From the NCBI RefSeq assembly GCF_006345805.1, contig NW_021825306.1:1-15924 (forward strand): DNA of 15,924 nt. The letters run 5' to 3'. Origin of the DNA: Octopus sinensis (Eukaryota). This document shows, piece by piece, positions 1 through 10,322 of this stretch. Within the stretch, counting starts at the first letter, position 1. Each line of letters opens with the position of its first letter. The position numbers and the translations under genes are program-made. The notes beneath the pieces are model-generated. The model made no database searches. It was not told the origin of the DNA and was given only the letters and a program-made list of their open reading frames with translations.

Positions 1-4
1 CGGC

Positions 5-38
5 GGGCGGAAACTGCATGGAAGCCTGTGGTGTGTAT
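5..38 (+). mobile_element. Diverged fragment of family A SINE, cut by the window edge
   Basis: GGCGGAAACTGCATGGAAGCCTGTGGTGTGTAT resembles the family A segment GACGGAAACTGAAAGAAGCCCGTCGTATAT seen in other copies here. Confidence 0.4.
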
Positions 39-74
39 AACAAAACAACATTAGCGCACGATTATTGGCCTTGG

Positions 75-712
75 GAAACAACTGTTATTTCCAATTTGCT
101 TGCATTTTGAAAATAGCTAATATGAAAAATTATGAAAAATAGCTATTTTCTTCAAGCTTTGCTTTTGTTACATTTATTCAAATTTTGAAGAATCCCTTTC
201 AACATACGGCTATGATGCTCACCCAGCTACCCCTGCTCGTGCCCAGAGATGCAAGATGCGCATATTGTCAGCCACTAAATGACATGCTCAAGTGGTTATG
301 GTCAAGCCATTGTCAAGTAAATTTGTGGTATTGAGCAGAATATTTGGTTTAAAGATATTTCTCTTTCAGTAACTCAGCGCTGAATCCGTCTGAAATGAAA
401 CGGAAAGCATTTCAAAACATTTATGCCCAGATCGCAAAAGCAAAGTTTGAAAGGAATAGTAGTAATTTCCTTCGATTTTTTTGATACAAGCAAATTGGAA
501 ATAACACTAACTGAGCAAATATTTGGTCAGAATATTTGTTATAACGATATTTCTGCTTCAGCGTCTTAGCGCTGAATCTGTCTGAAAAGTAACGGAAAAT
601 AGGTCAGTTTTAAAACATTGATGTCCATGTCACAAAAGCAAAGTGTGAAGGGAATAGTAGTCGTTTCCTTTCATTTCAAGATCAAAAGCAAATAGGAAAC
701 AACACCAACTGA
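75..712. repeat. Degenerate ~190-bp unit: two direct copies (~331-512, ~526-712) plus an inverted partial copy (~75-175)
   Basis: Direct copies share AGAATATTTG, AGCGCTGAATC, CAAAAGCAAAG and AAGCAAAT. 84-102 (GTTATTTCCAATTTGCTTG) is the exact reverse complement of 487-505. Confidence 0.8.
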
Positions 713-791
713 CAAAAGACAAAAAAAATAAAAATAAAAATAAAAATTATTACACAGTGTTATAATTGCTATTATTTAAATATTTTCGGTA

Positions 792-938
792 AGGCGCAGA
801 CATGGCTGTGCGCAAGAACTGTGGTTTGGGGTTCAATACCAATACGTGGTGCCTTTGGCAAGTTTCTTTTCCTGTAGACCTGGGGCGAGCAAGGCTTGTG
901 AGTGAATTTGGTAGACGGAAACTGCGAGGAAGTTCGTC
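792..938 (+). mobile_element. Old 5' fragment of family A tRNA-derived SINE
   Basis: AGGCGCAGACATGGCTGTG...GGGTTCAATACC...CCTTTGGCAAGT...GCTTGTGAGTGAATTTGGTAGACGGAAACTG aligns by eye to the 5' half of the better-preserved copies. Confidence 0.8.
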
Positions 939-1200
939 ATGTGGTCTAGTGGTTAACGTGTTGCACTCATGATTACTAGATTGTAGGTTCGATCGCCGGA
1001 CCGAGCGGAGCGTTGAGTTCTTGAGCAAAACACTTCATTTCACGTTGTTCTGTGATCATTTTGTCATCAGATGTGTGGTCTGTGTACGGGTAATGTCCGT
1101 CTGATGGCCGAAGTGAGCTTATGCCCAACGCAAATATTTGGTCAGTAGGGAACAAATCATTGCGGAACCCTCATCCGTTGTCTAACGAGGGGAGAATCCA
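939..1200 (+). mobile_element. tRNA-headed SINE with CORE-like block (second family)
   Basis: A-box TGGTCTAGTGG (942-952), B-box GGTTCGATCGCC (986-997), then TTCTTGAGCAAAACACTT, which resembles the CORE-SINE block. 3' boundary is approximate. Confidence 0.7.
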
Positions 1201-1329
1201 TACACACAAACACGCACACACACACACGCGCGCACGCGCACAACATACATACACACAGACACATATTTTTATATACGTGCGTGTGTGTATCTTCGTGTTT
1301 TGCTGTCCTCAATGCCTCTGTTATTCTCA

Positions 1330-1980
1330 CTACTACCACTACCACTGCCGCCGCCTCCACCGCCTCCACTTTCACCGCCTCCACTTTCACCGCCTCCGCC
1401 TCCTCCGCCTCCTCCTCTGTCTTCGCGGCCTCCGTCGTCTCCGCCTCCGCCTCCACCGCCTCCACCTCCACCGCCTCCGCCTCCACCGCCTCCGCCTCCT
1501 CCGCCTCCACCTCTGTCTTCACCGCCTCTGCTGCTCCGCCGCCCTTGCTGTCACCTCCGCCGCCCTTGCCGCCACCTCTGCCGCCGCCTCCACCTTTTCC
1601 TCCGCCGCCTCCACTGCCTTTGCTATTACCTCCTCCACCTCCGCCTCAGCCACCTCCGCCGCTGCCTCCACCGCTGCTGCCTCCGCCGCTGCTGCCTCCG
1701 CCGCTGCTGCCTCCGCCGCTGCTGCCTCCGCCGCTGCTGCCTGCGCCGCTGCCTCCGCCGCTGCCACTGCTGCCACCGCCTCCGCTGTCACCGCCTCCGT
1801 GGCCACCGCCTCCGCTACCTCCACCGCTGCCACCGCCTCCGCTAGCGTCACCAGTTTCTAACAGCTGAAAAGACAGAAATAACAATGACTTGAAAACTAC
1901 GAACAACAGCAGCAACAGTGTCGGTAGCAGCAACAGCACCATATCATCACAATCAGCAACGACAACAGCAGCTGCAGCAG
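1330..1980. repeat. GC-rich cryptic trinucleotide array, (CCN)n grading into (CAA/CAG)n, with an internal 15-mer CCGCCGCTGCTGCCT repeat
   Basis: Strong 3-nt periodicity. Gives poly-Pro, poly-Ala/Ser, poly-Gly and Glu/Ala/Val ORFs in several frames at once. Confidence 0.9.
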
Positions 1981-1981
1981 G

Positions 1982-2375
1982 AGGCGCAATGGCCCAGTGG
2001 TTAGGGCAGCGGACTCGCGGTCGGAGGATCGCGGTTACGATTCCCAGATCTGGCGTTGTGTGTGTTTATTGAGCGAAAACACCTAAAGCACCACGAGGCT
2101 CCGACAGGGGGTGGTGGCGACCCCTGTTGTACTCTTTCGCCCCAACTTTCTCTCACTCTTTCTTCCTGTTTCTTGTGCCTAACTTCCTACGCAACCGCTG
2201 AGCCTGGATGCGCATTCATCCATCTGTCGATGCTCTCGGTGTCGGGGGTTGACCTGCTTTCTCTTCTGCGGGTCTTACGAATAGCAAAGGGCCACGATTC
2301 GGACTTCTCCCATCTTGCGAGCTCTGGGACGAAGACCGTTCGCTCAACAGCAACAACAACAGCACCAACAACATT
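1982..2375 (+). mobile_element. Full-length tRNA-derived SINE (third family) with (CAA)n-type tail
   Basis: GGCGCAATGGCCCAGTGGTTAGGGCAGCGGACTCGCGGTC head, A-box TGGCCCAGTGG, B-box-like GGTTACGATTCC, body ending GAAGACCGTTCGCT followed by CAACAGCAACAACAAC. Confidence 0.8.
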
Positions 2376-2610
2376 ATCAGCGAATGGGCAGTGGCAACTT
2401 CACTAGCATTGAGCCAACGTGCTTGTACGCGATCGCTCAACATGCTAGAAATAAGAGCTAAATTTTCATTAAATCATATCATTTAAATACAAATGTATGT
2501 ATATCTTAGACAGCATTTAACAATGTAGAACTGTGAAGACGGGATGGTCAAGGCTGGATCACTCTTGATCATAGCTCTGCTGAATGAGAATCGAACGACC
2601 CTTTCTTAAG

Positions 2611-2815
2611 TAATCCTTTCTAATTTTGGCACAATGCCAGAAATTTCGGGGGAGGAGTGTATGTCGATCACATCAACCCTAGTGTTCAACTGGTACTTAT
2701 TTTATCGACCTCGAAAAGATGGAAGCCAAGTTGACTTCGGCGGAATTTGAACTCGGAACGTTAAGACGGACGACATGTTGCTAAGCATTTTGTCCGGCAT
2801 TTTGAAGATTCGGCC
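2611..2815 (-). mobile_element. Diverged family B SINE
   Basis: Reverse complement carries GAGTTCAAATTCCGCCGAAGTCAAC and AATAAGTACCAGTTGAACAC, matching the copies at 9070 and 10753. Confidence 0.8.
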
Positions 2816-2856
2816 AAGTCAATATTATCGAAGCCAGTACTTGAGCGGTAATTTAG

Positions 2857-3240
2857 TTTACTTTTTTACCTGTTGCAGTCATTTGACTGTGGCCTTGCTG
2901 GAGCACTGCCTTTAGTCGAGCAAATCGACCCCAGGACTTATTATTTGTAAGCCTAGTACTTATTCTATCGGTCTCTTTTGCCGAACCGCTATGTTACGGG
3001 GACGTAAACTCACCAGCATCGGTTGTCAAGCGATGCTAGAGGGACAGACACACAAACACACATATATATATACATATATTCGACGGGCTTCTTTCAGTTT
3101 CCGTCTACCAAATCCACTCACAAGGCTTCGGTCGGTCCGAGGCTATAGTAGAAGACACTTCTCCGAGGTGTCTCACAGTGGGACAGAACCCGGAACCATG
3201 TGGCTGGTAAGTAAGCTACTTACCACACAGTCACTCCTAT
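2857..3240 (-). mobile_element. Near full-length family A SINE
   Basis: High similarity to 4076-4532 and 5746-6157, with tRNA-like head at the 3240 end and an internal CA/TA microsatellite. Confidence 0.92.
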
Positions 3241-3450
3241 CGAACCCGAAAGAATGAAAGACGGGATATGAACTCGGAACGTAAAGGTCCGAAAGAAATG
3301 CGCTAAGCATTTTGTCTGACGCGCCAACGATTGATAATGGTTTCAAATTTTAGCAGGAAGCCAACAGAAAGCCAATGGGAGGGGGCAAGTCGAAGGCAAA
3401 GTTGACCTCGGCCAGATTGGAACTCAGAGCCAAAACAGCCGGAAGAAATA
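3239..3450 (-). mobile_element. Two degenerate family B SINE fragments
   Basis: GAACTCGGAACGTAA...GCTAAGCATTTTGTC and GGCAAAGTTGACCTCGGCC...GAACTCAGAG are antisense family B motifs. Confidence 0.65.
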
Positions 3451-3456
3451 TAACTA

Positions 3457-3600
3457 AGTGTGGCTGTGTGGTAAGCTGTTTGCTTCCCAGCCACATGGTT
3501 CCGGGTTTCAGTCCCACTGCGTGGCACCTTGGGCAAATGATTTCAACTATAGCCCCGGGCCGACCAAAGCTTTGTGGAACTGAAAGAAACCCGTCGTACA
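3457..3600 (+). mobile_element. Family A SINE 5' part with internal deletion
   Basis: GTGGCTGTGTGGTAAG...GGTTTCAGTCCCACTGCGTGGCACCTTGGGCAAA...CCGACCAAAGC. Confidence 0.88.
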
Positions 3601-3604
3601 CATG

Positions 3605-3997
3605 TAAAGCCTGCTTTCCAACCACATGGTCCTGGGTTCAGTCCCACTGCATGGCACCTCGAACAAGTGTCTTCTAATGTAGCCTCAGGCCGACCAAAGC
3701 CTTGTGAGTGTACGTGGTTGGCGGAAACTGAAAGAAGCCCGTCGTATATATATCTATGCATGTGCGTCTTTGTGTCTCCTCCACCACCACTTGACAACCG
3801 GTGTTGGTGTGTTTACGTCCCCGTAACCTAGCAGTTCAGCAAAAGAGACCGATAGAATAAGTGCTAGGCTTGAAAAACAACAACAACAAAAATGTCCAGG
3901 GTCGATTTGTTTGACTAAAACCCTTCGAGGCGGTGCTCCAGCATGGCCGCAGTCAAATGACTGAAACAAATAAAATAATAAAGGAATAAAAGAATAA
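3605..3997 (+). mobile_element. Family A SINE, slightly 5'-truncated, in tandem with the previous copy
   Basis: CCAACCACATGG...GGTTCAGTCCCACTGC through CAGCATGGCCGCAGTCAAATGACTGAAAC and an A-rich tail. Confidence 0.92.
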
Positions 3998-4075
3998 GCA
4001 CCTTGTTCGACGCACTAACGATAAGTGATAAACAATAGCAGTATCGATCTACTGAGAGAGCTTTTACGACTCTGG

Positions 4076-4295
4076 TTTACTCTTTTACTTGTTTCAGTCA
4101 TGTGACTGTGGCCATGCTGGAGCACCGCCTTTAGCCGAGCAAATCGACTCCAGGACTTATTCTTTGTAAGCCTAGTACTTAATCTATCGGTCTCTTTTGC
4201 CGAACCGCTAATTGACGGGGACGTAAACACACCAGCATCGGTTGTCAATCGATGTTGGTGGTGGTGGGGACAAACACAGACACACAAACGTACAC

Positions 4296-4332
<37 letters not shown>

Positions 4333-4334
4333 AC

Positions 4335-4365
<31 letters not shown>

Positions 4366-4532
4366 CGACGGGCTTCTTTCAGTTTCCGTCTACAAAATCC
4401 ACTCACAAAGCTTTGGTCGGTCCGAGGCTATAGTTGAAGACACTTTCCCAAGGTGCCACGCAGTGGGACTTGAACCCGGAACCACGTGGTTCGTAAGCAA
4501 GCTACTTACCCCACAGCCACTCCTACGCCTAT
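4076..4532 (-). mobile_element. Full-length family A SINE
   Basis: Reverse complement begins ATAGGCGTAGGAGTGGCTGTG (A-box), then GGTTCAAGTCCC (B-box) and CCTTGGGAAAGTGTCTT (CORE-like). Internal (CA)n/(TA)n tract and short tandem tail. Confidence 0.95.
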
Positions 4533-4804
4533 AGACATAAGCAAAATTACATTAAAAAAAACCGTGTTCCTTGTTATGACAGACATTTTCCCTCTGGCAA
4601 CACTGCATCTGTCCAGTGTAATGGACGGGTAAATAGATTCTTATAAATAGATTTGATAAAACAGATTTAATAAACATTTTCAATTCAAAGAATATATGAT
4701 TTTCTTTTCAAATCAAGGGTTTAACTTCGGCATAAATAAATATATTTTGGGGGAATTGGTTAAAAAAAAGTTCCACGACCCCTGTCTGAATATCTGCGTA
4801 TTGT

Positions 4805-5032
4805 ATGAGCATATATTTGTATGTATGTATGTATGTATGTATGTATGTATGTATGTATGTATGTATGTGTCTATGTGTGTATATATGTGTGTGTGTATGT
4901 ATGTATGCACGTGTGTATCGGTCTATGTGTGTGTATGTTAGAATATATATTTGTGTATGCATGTTTATGTATTATATATGGTTGTATGTACGTATATATA
5001 TATATACACACACGTATGTATGTGTATTTATT

Positions 5033-5065
<33 letters not shown>

Positions 5066-5330
5066 GCATATACGTATGTATATATGTATGTGTGTTTAAA
5101 AGTACGTATATATATATATACGTATGTATATATGAATGTGTGTTTAAACGTACGTATATATATATATATATCTATATATATATGCATGCATGTATGTATG
5201 CATGTATGTAATTGTATGCATATATGTAATTGTATGCATATATGTAAATAGATATATGTGTTTGTGTATGTGTGTGAGTGTGTAAGTTTGTGTGTGTGTG
5301 TGTGTGTGTGTTGTGTGTGTGTGTGTGCAC
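4805..5330. repeat. Compound (TATG)n/(TA)n/(TG)n microsatellite
   Basis: Directly visible; source of the MYVC/HTHT ORF artefacts. Confidence 0.97.
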
Positions 5331-5745
5331 ACTTGTGTTCTGAGAATGCATAGGCAACAATCCATCTGCTGAAACCAAACTACAAGGAAAATATCTAAAT
5401 ACTCGGAAGATATCGAGTTTTTGCCTCCCTTTCGTTGTTGTTGCTGTTGTTGTTGCACGTTTTCTCGTAGACTTCATTGCAAAACAAGAAAACAAAAAGA
5501 AAAGAAAAAATATTTAAAAGAAATGAAAATACGCTTTATTTTTTCCTATTCAATATATTATAAAACCAAGAATATATATATAAATATATAAATAAATTTG
5601 ATAAATAAAATTTTATTTTGGTATTATAATCAACGAAATTCTAGCGGTTAAACACACGCATATTAAATGTATATATATTTTATTTGTGTATTAAATATGA
5701 TATATGATGTAAAATGAATTTATGTATCTGTGTGTCTGTATGTAT

Positions 5746-6157
5746 ACTCTTTTACTCTTTTACTTGTTTCAGTCATTTGACTGCGGCCATGCTGGAGCAC
5801 CGCCTTTAATCGAGCAACTCGACCCCGGGACTTATTCTTTTGTAAGCCCAGTACTTATTCTATCGGTCTCTTTTGCCGAACCGCTAAGTAACGGGGACGT
5901 AAACACACCAGCATCGGTTGTCAAGCAATGCTAGGGGGACAAACACAGACACACAAACACACACACCACATATATATATATACATATATACGACAGCTTT
6001 CTTTCAGTTTCCGTCTACCAAATCCACTCACAAGGCTTTGGTCGGTCCCGAGGCTATAGTAGAAGACACTTGCCCAAGGTGCCACACAGTGGGACTGAAC
6101 CCTGAACCATGTGATTGGTAAACAAGCTACTTACCACACAGCCACTCCTGCGCCTAT
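5746..6157 (-). mobile_element. Full-length family A SINE
   Basis: Same layout as 4076-4532, with head ATAGGCGCAGGAGTGGCTGTGTGG on the minus strand and a (AAAAGAGT)-type tail. Confidence 0.95.
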
Positions 6158-6291
6158 ATATGTATATATATATATGATTGTATGTATGGTATGTATGTAT
6201 GTATGTATGTATGTATGTATGTATGTATGTATGTATGCATGTATGTATGTATGTATGTATATATATATGTAATATTATATATATATATATT

Positions 6292-6336
<45 letters not shown>
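6158..6336. repeat. (TATG)n and (TA)n microsatellite
   Basis: Directly visible. Confidence 0.97.
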
Positions 6337-6339
<3 letters not shown>

Positions 6340-6471
6340 TAAAGAAGGTTTGAAAATGCAATTTAAAAAGATGTTTATCTACTTTAACCGGTTTCACTCT
6401 TTGGAAAAGATTGTCAAAGTAACATGTAGAAGTTTGGTTGCGTTAATTATTGGTTGTTACACATTGCTACA

Positions 6472-6588
6472 TTACTTATATACAGTCTTTGGTAACAGGG
6501 ACATGTTAAGGACATAAAAAAGTTCAACAAGTTCCTTAAAATATTGGGCACAAAAGATTACTACATAAATAATCGTTCTCAAGGACAT
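6472..6588 (-). CDS. Candidate small ORF, 38 aa, hydrophobic: MSLRTIIYVVIFCAQYFKELVELFYVLNMSLLPKTVYK
   Basis: ATG with A at -3, frame shared with the paralog at 6686-6796. No expression evidence. Confidence 0.3.
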   Translation of the reverse strand: MSLRTIIYVVIFCAQYFKELVELFYVLNMSLLPKTVYK

Positions 6589-6685
6589 GCTTAAGATAGT
6601 TTCCAGAAGGAATTGATATTGGTATTGGTATTGTATCTGTATATTCAAACATGCACAGAATATTGGTTGACACAGAGTACTAAAA

Positions 6686-6796
6686 TCAATATAAATATAC
6701 ATTCTTTGGTGACAAGAGCATGTTGAGAATATAAAAAAGTTTAACAAGCTCATTGAAATAATGGGCACAAAAGATTACAACAAATATATTATACAT
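6686..6796 (-). CDS. Candidate small ORF, 36 aa, hydrophobic: MYNIFVVIFCAHYFNELVKLFYILNMLLSPKNVYLY
   Basis: AAAATG start context, 23/31 core residues identical to the 6472-6588 ORF. No expression evidence. Confidence 0.3.
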   Translation of the reverse strand: MYNIFVVIFCAHYFNELVKLFYILNMLLSPKNVYLY

Positions 6797-7039
6797 TTTC
6801 AAGATAATTTCCAGTATACACGTACAGAATATTATGAGTTCAAAAAGATTTACATTATAATAGTAGTGAAGCTAAAACTGACCTGTCCGCTATGGTAGCG
6901 TGAAAGAATATTATCGATTTCAAGGGACGCAGTAGGTGTGTTTGGTTGGGGGGGAAAGGAGGAGTAATGTGGAACTGAAAAGAATTGACCCTTTTTTCTC
7001 TCTCCTTCAAGCATCAATGATTTAGGGGTCAGGGTGGGG

Positions 7040-8150
<1,111 letters not shown>

Positions 8151-8194
8151 ACATAGATGTATGTATGAATTTATGGTTACGTATGTTTACGTAT

Positions 8195-8196
<2 letters not shown>

Positions 8197-8246
<50 letters not shown>
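8197..8246. repeat. Perfect (GT)25 microsatellite
   Basis: Directly visible. Confidence 0.98.
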
Positions 8247-8249
<3 letters not shown>

Positions 8250-8365
8250 CGGTCAACCACTTTATCACATACAGCTACCTCCATCACCTCCATTAACTAT
8301 CACCCTATCGACATCATCACCGCAACAAACTATTACAGTTCTTAGCATATTTTATCTTTCGTGTT

Positions 8366-8455
8366 TTATCCTTTTACTCATTTCAGTCATCTAACTCTGA
8401 TCAAGATGGAGCACTGCCTTGGAGGGTATTTAGTCGAACGAATCAGCCCAGGACA
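8366..8455 (-). mobile_element. Old 3' fragment of family A SINE
   Basis: TTTCAGTCAT...ATGGAGCACTGCCTT...TTTAGTCGAACGAATCAGCCCAGGAC matches the family A 3' end. Confidence 0.75.
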
Positions 8456-8466
8456 TTCATGTCCCG

Positions 8467-8615
8467 TGGTTCCAGTCCAATCAGCTGGCAAAAAAAAAAT
8501 GAGTTATAGCTGTAATTCAAAAGAGCCAGCCTTGTCACATTCTGTGTCATACCGAATCCCCTTGAGAACTACGTTAAAGATGTGCGTATCTGTAGAGTGC
8601 TCAACCACTTGCAAG
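8467..8615 (+). mobile_element. Probable internal fragment of an octopus SINE
   Basis: CCAGTCCAATCAGCTGGCAAAA...GCCAGCCTTGTCAC...GAGAACTACGTTAA resembles octopus SINE body sequence as I recall it. No second copy in the window to confirm. Confidence 0.35.
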
Positions 8616-9069
8616 AACTGAGGCTATAGGAAATTTTGTCGTAAAGATTTTTACTGAAGGAAAATTACTGTAAAAGAAAAAAAAATTGCAATAAAAAAGC
8701 GGTTTTTTTAAGATGGTAATTTCATCAACTAAACTACCAATTAAAGAAATGCAATGTCTTTAAGATGAGTTATCTAGCTTACAATCTGCTTGTGTGCCTC
8801 CCCCCAGCGAATTTTTATTCGGCAAAAATGTAACTGAATGCTTATACTGTCTAAAGGCACAACATTGTCATGTCAGCATCTCAAAAAAGTATCCACGGTC
8901 GCTAATGAGTCAAGTGTGTTATAAGCAAGTTGTTGTGAAAGGAGAAGCTGTTCTCCTGTGACATACACAACCGCGATTATCATGTTTGCTTTCGAATCTG
9001 CTGCCTCAGCGTGTTTAGAATAGATGTGCGAGTCATCGTTTCAGCTCTCTCAGTCCACAGTGCAAATAA

Positions 9070-9447
9070 GGCGGCGAACTGGCAGAATCGTTAGCACGCC
9101 GGGTGAAATGCTTAGCAGTGTTTCGTCTTCCGCTACGTTCTGAGTTCAAATACCGCCGAGGTCGACTATACCTTTCATCCTATCGGGGTCGATTAAATGA
9201 GTACCAGTTACGCACTGGGGTCGATATAATCGACTTAATCCGTTTATATGTCCTTGTTTGCTCCCTCTGTGTTTAGCCCCTTGTGGGTAGTAAAGAAATA
9301 GGTATTTCATCTTCTGCTACGTTCTGAGTTCAAATTCCGCCATGGTCGACTTTTCCTTTCATCCTTTCGGAGTCGATAAATTAAGTACCAGTTGAGTACT
9401 GGGGTCGATGTAATCGACTTGCCCCTTCCCCTAAAATTTCAGTGCAA
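9070..9447 (+). mobile_element. Family B SINE: full unit (9070-9300) plus head-to-tail 5'-truncated second unit (9301-9447)
   Basis: GGCGGCGAACTGGCAGAATCGTTAGC head, GAGTTCAAAT B-box-like motif, central GTCGACT..CCTTTCATCC..CGGGGTCGAT..AGTACCAG block resembling the Meta/MESC SINE domain (from memory). Confidence 0.9.
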
Positions 9448-10113
9448 ATAACGACCTGTTTATAGAGTTTAGCGTTTATTTGAATTTAAACATTGAGTTG
9501 GTGGTTCTGTAATAAAATTGGTGTAGTTCTGTATTTTGGACACGTGAACTATGATATTCAGGAAATTGCTAAAGCAGAGGCGACGGAACCTTTCGATTTT
9601 TCTTAATATTCGAAGGCCACATTGATTTACGTGAAGTCTAAAACGGCCGCATTAAAAACATTTTATTAAATATAGAAAAAAGAAAATGTAATTAGATTTA
9701 TTGCGAAAATGTAATTATAAATATTAATGTACGAAATAAAAATGTAAAATTGGTTTTATCGATATTTTTGTGACAATTTAAGACCATTAGAATAAATAAA
9801 ATATTATGCAATCAATAAAAATCTAGTTTTGTATTTTAAAATATTAAAATCCAGACTTCTTTATATAAGACGCTCTTAGGGGTCTCAAAAACCACTTTCA
9901 ACACTCTCTGTTTTTAAATATATCTAAGAAACAAATAGAACAATCCTAATGTAGCCTCTTTTCTCTCATTTCAAGTAAATCTATTGCAATCTGCAAGGGG
10001 CTCTGAGCTGTAGCGAATCGATAGCAGGGGACAGACAAAAGAAAAAGGTAAAAAAAAAGGTGGGGTTTCACCATGGATATTGTTGGGCTCTTCAAAATTT
10101 GCAGGTAGCTGGG

Positions 10114-10295
10114 TTAGTTCTTGTAACTACATATGATCAAAGCAGCATTTGGTATCGAACCGTTATTGTTCTCAGGCATTGAAATATCCTCCTCGTCTTT
10201 CCACTGAGTCCACAGTTCCTCTCGGTCTGGAATGACAGTTGGAAGATCTTCTTTCCAAACTTCTCCATCGAAAACTCGATGATTGGTCCCTCGTA
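10114..10295 (-). CDS. Candidate coding exon, possibly terminal; product unrecognised. Longest frame: xRGTNHRVFDGEVWKEDLPTVIPDREELWTQWKDEEDISMPENNNGSIPNAALIICSYKN*
   Basis: Acceptor TATTTTAG at 10303-10296, 59 open codons to TAA (10116-10114), non-repetitive, more GC-rich than the flanks, AATAAA on the minus strand near 9667-9662. Confidence 0.5.
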
Positions 10296-10322
10296 CTAAA
10301 ATACACGAGGGTATATGTCTTT

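Larger units (their letters stand above)
6420..6860. repeat. Tandem duplication, period ~215 bp: two clear units plus a degenerate trace of a third
   Basis: TAC(A)GTCTTTGG at 6481 vs TACATTCTTTGG at 6698; GGGCACAAAAGATTAC in both units; TATTGGTTG recurs near 6447 and at 6661. Confidence 0.9.

Noticed and set aside
1982-2050. tRNA gene
   Set aside because: A/B boxes are present but the sequence continues into a SINE body and tail, with no complete cloverleaf. The same applies to the other SINE heads
4770-4783. hAT-like terminal sequence (CAGGGGTCGTGG on minus; also TAGGGGTCTCAAA near 9878)
   Set aside because: No matching partner terminus or target-site duplication found
4696-5495. Many overlapping ORFs (MYVC/HTHT type), also at 6182-6517, 7029-7599 and 11423-12324
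   Set aside because: They are translations of (TG)n, (TA)n and (TATG)n microsatellites that lack stops in several frames
8630-9065. Unique segment that might hold an exon
   Set aside because: Only short ORFs (under 40 codons) on either strand and no convincing splice pair or recognisable motif
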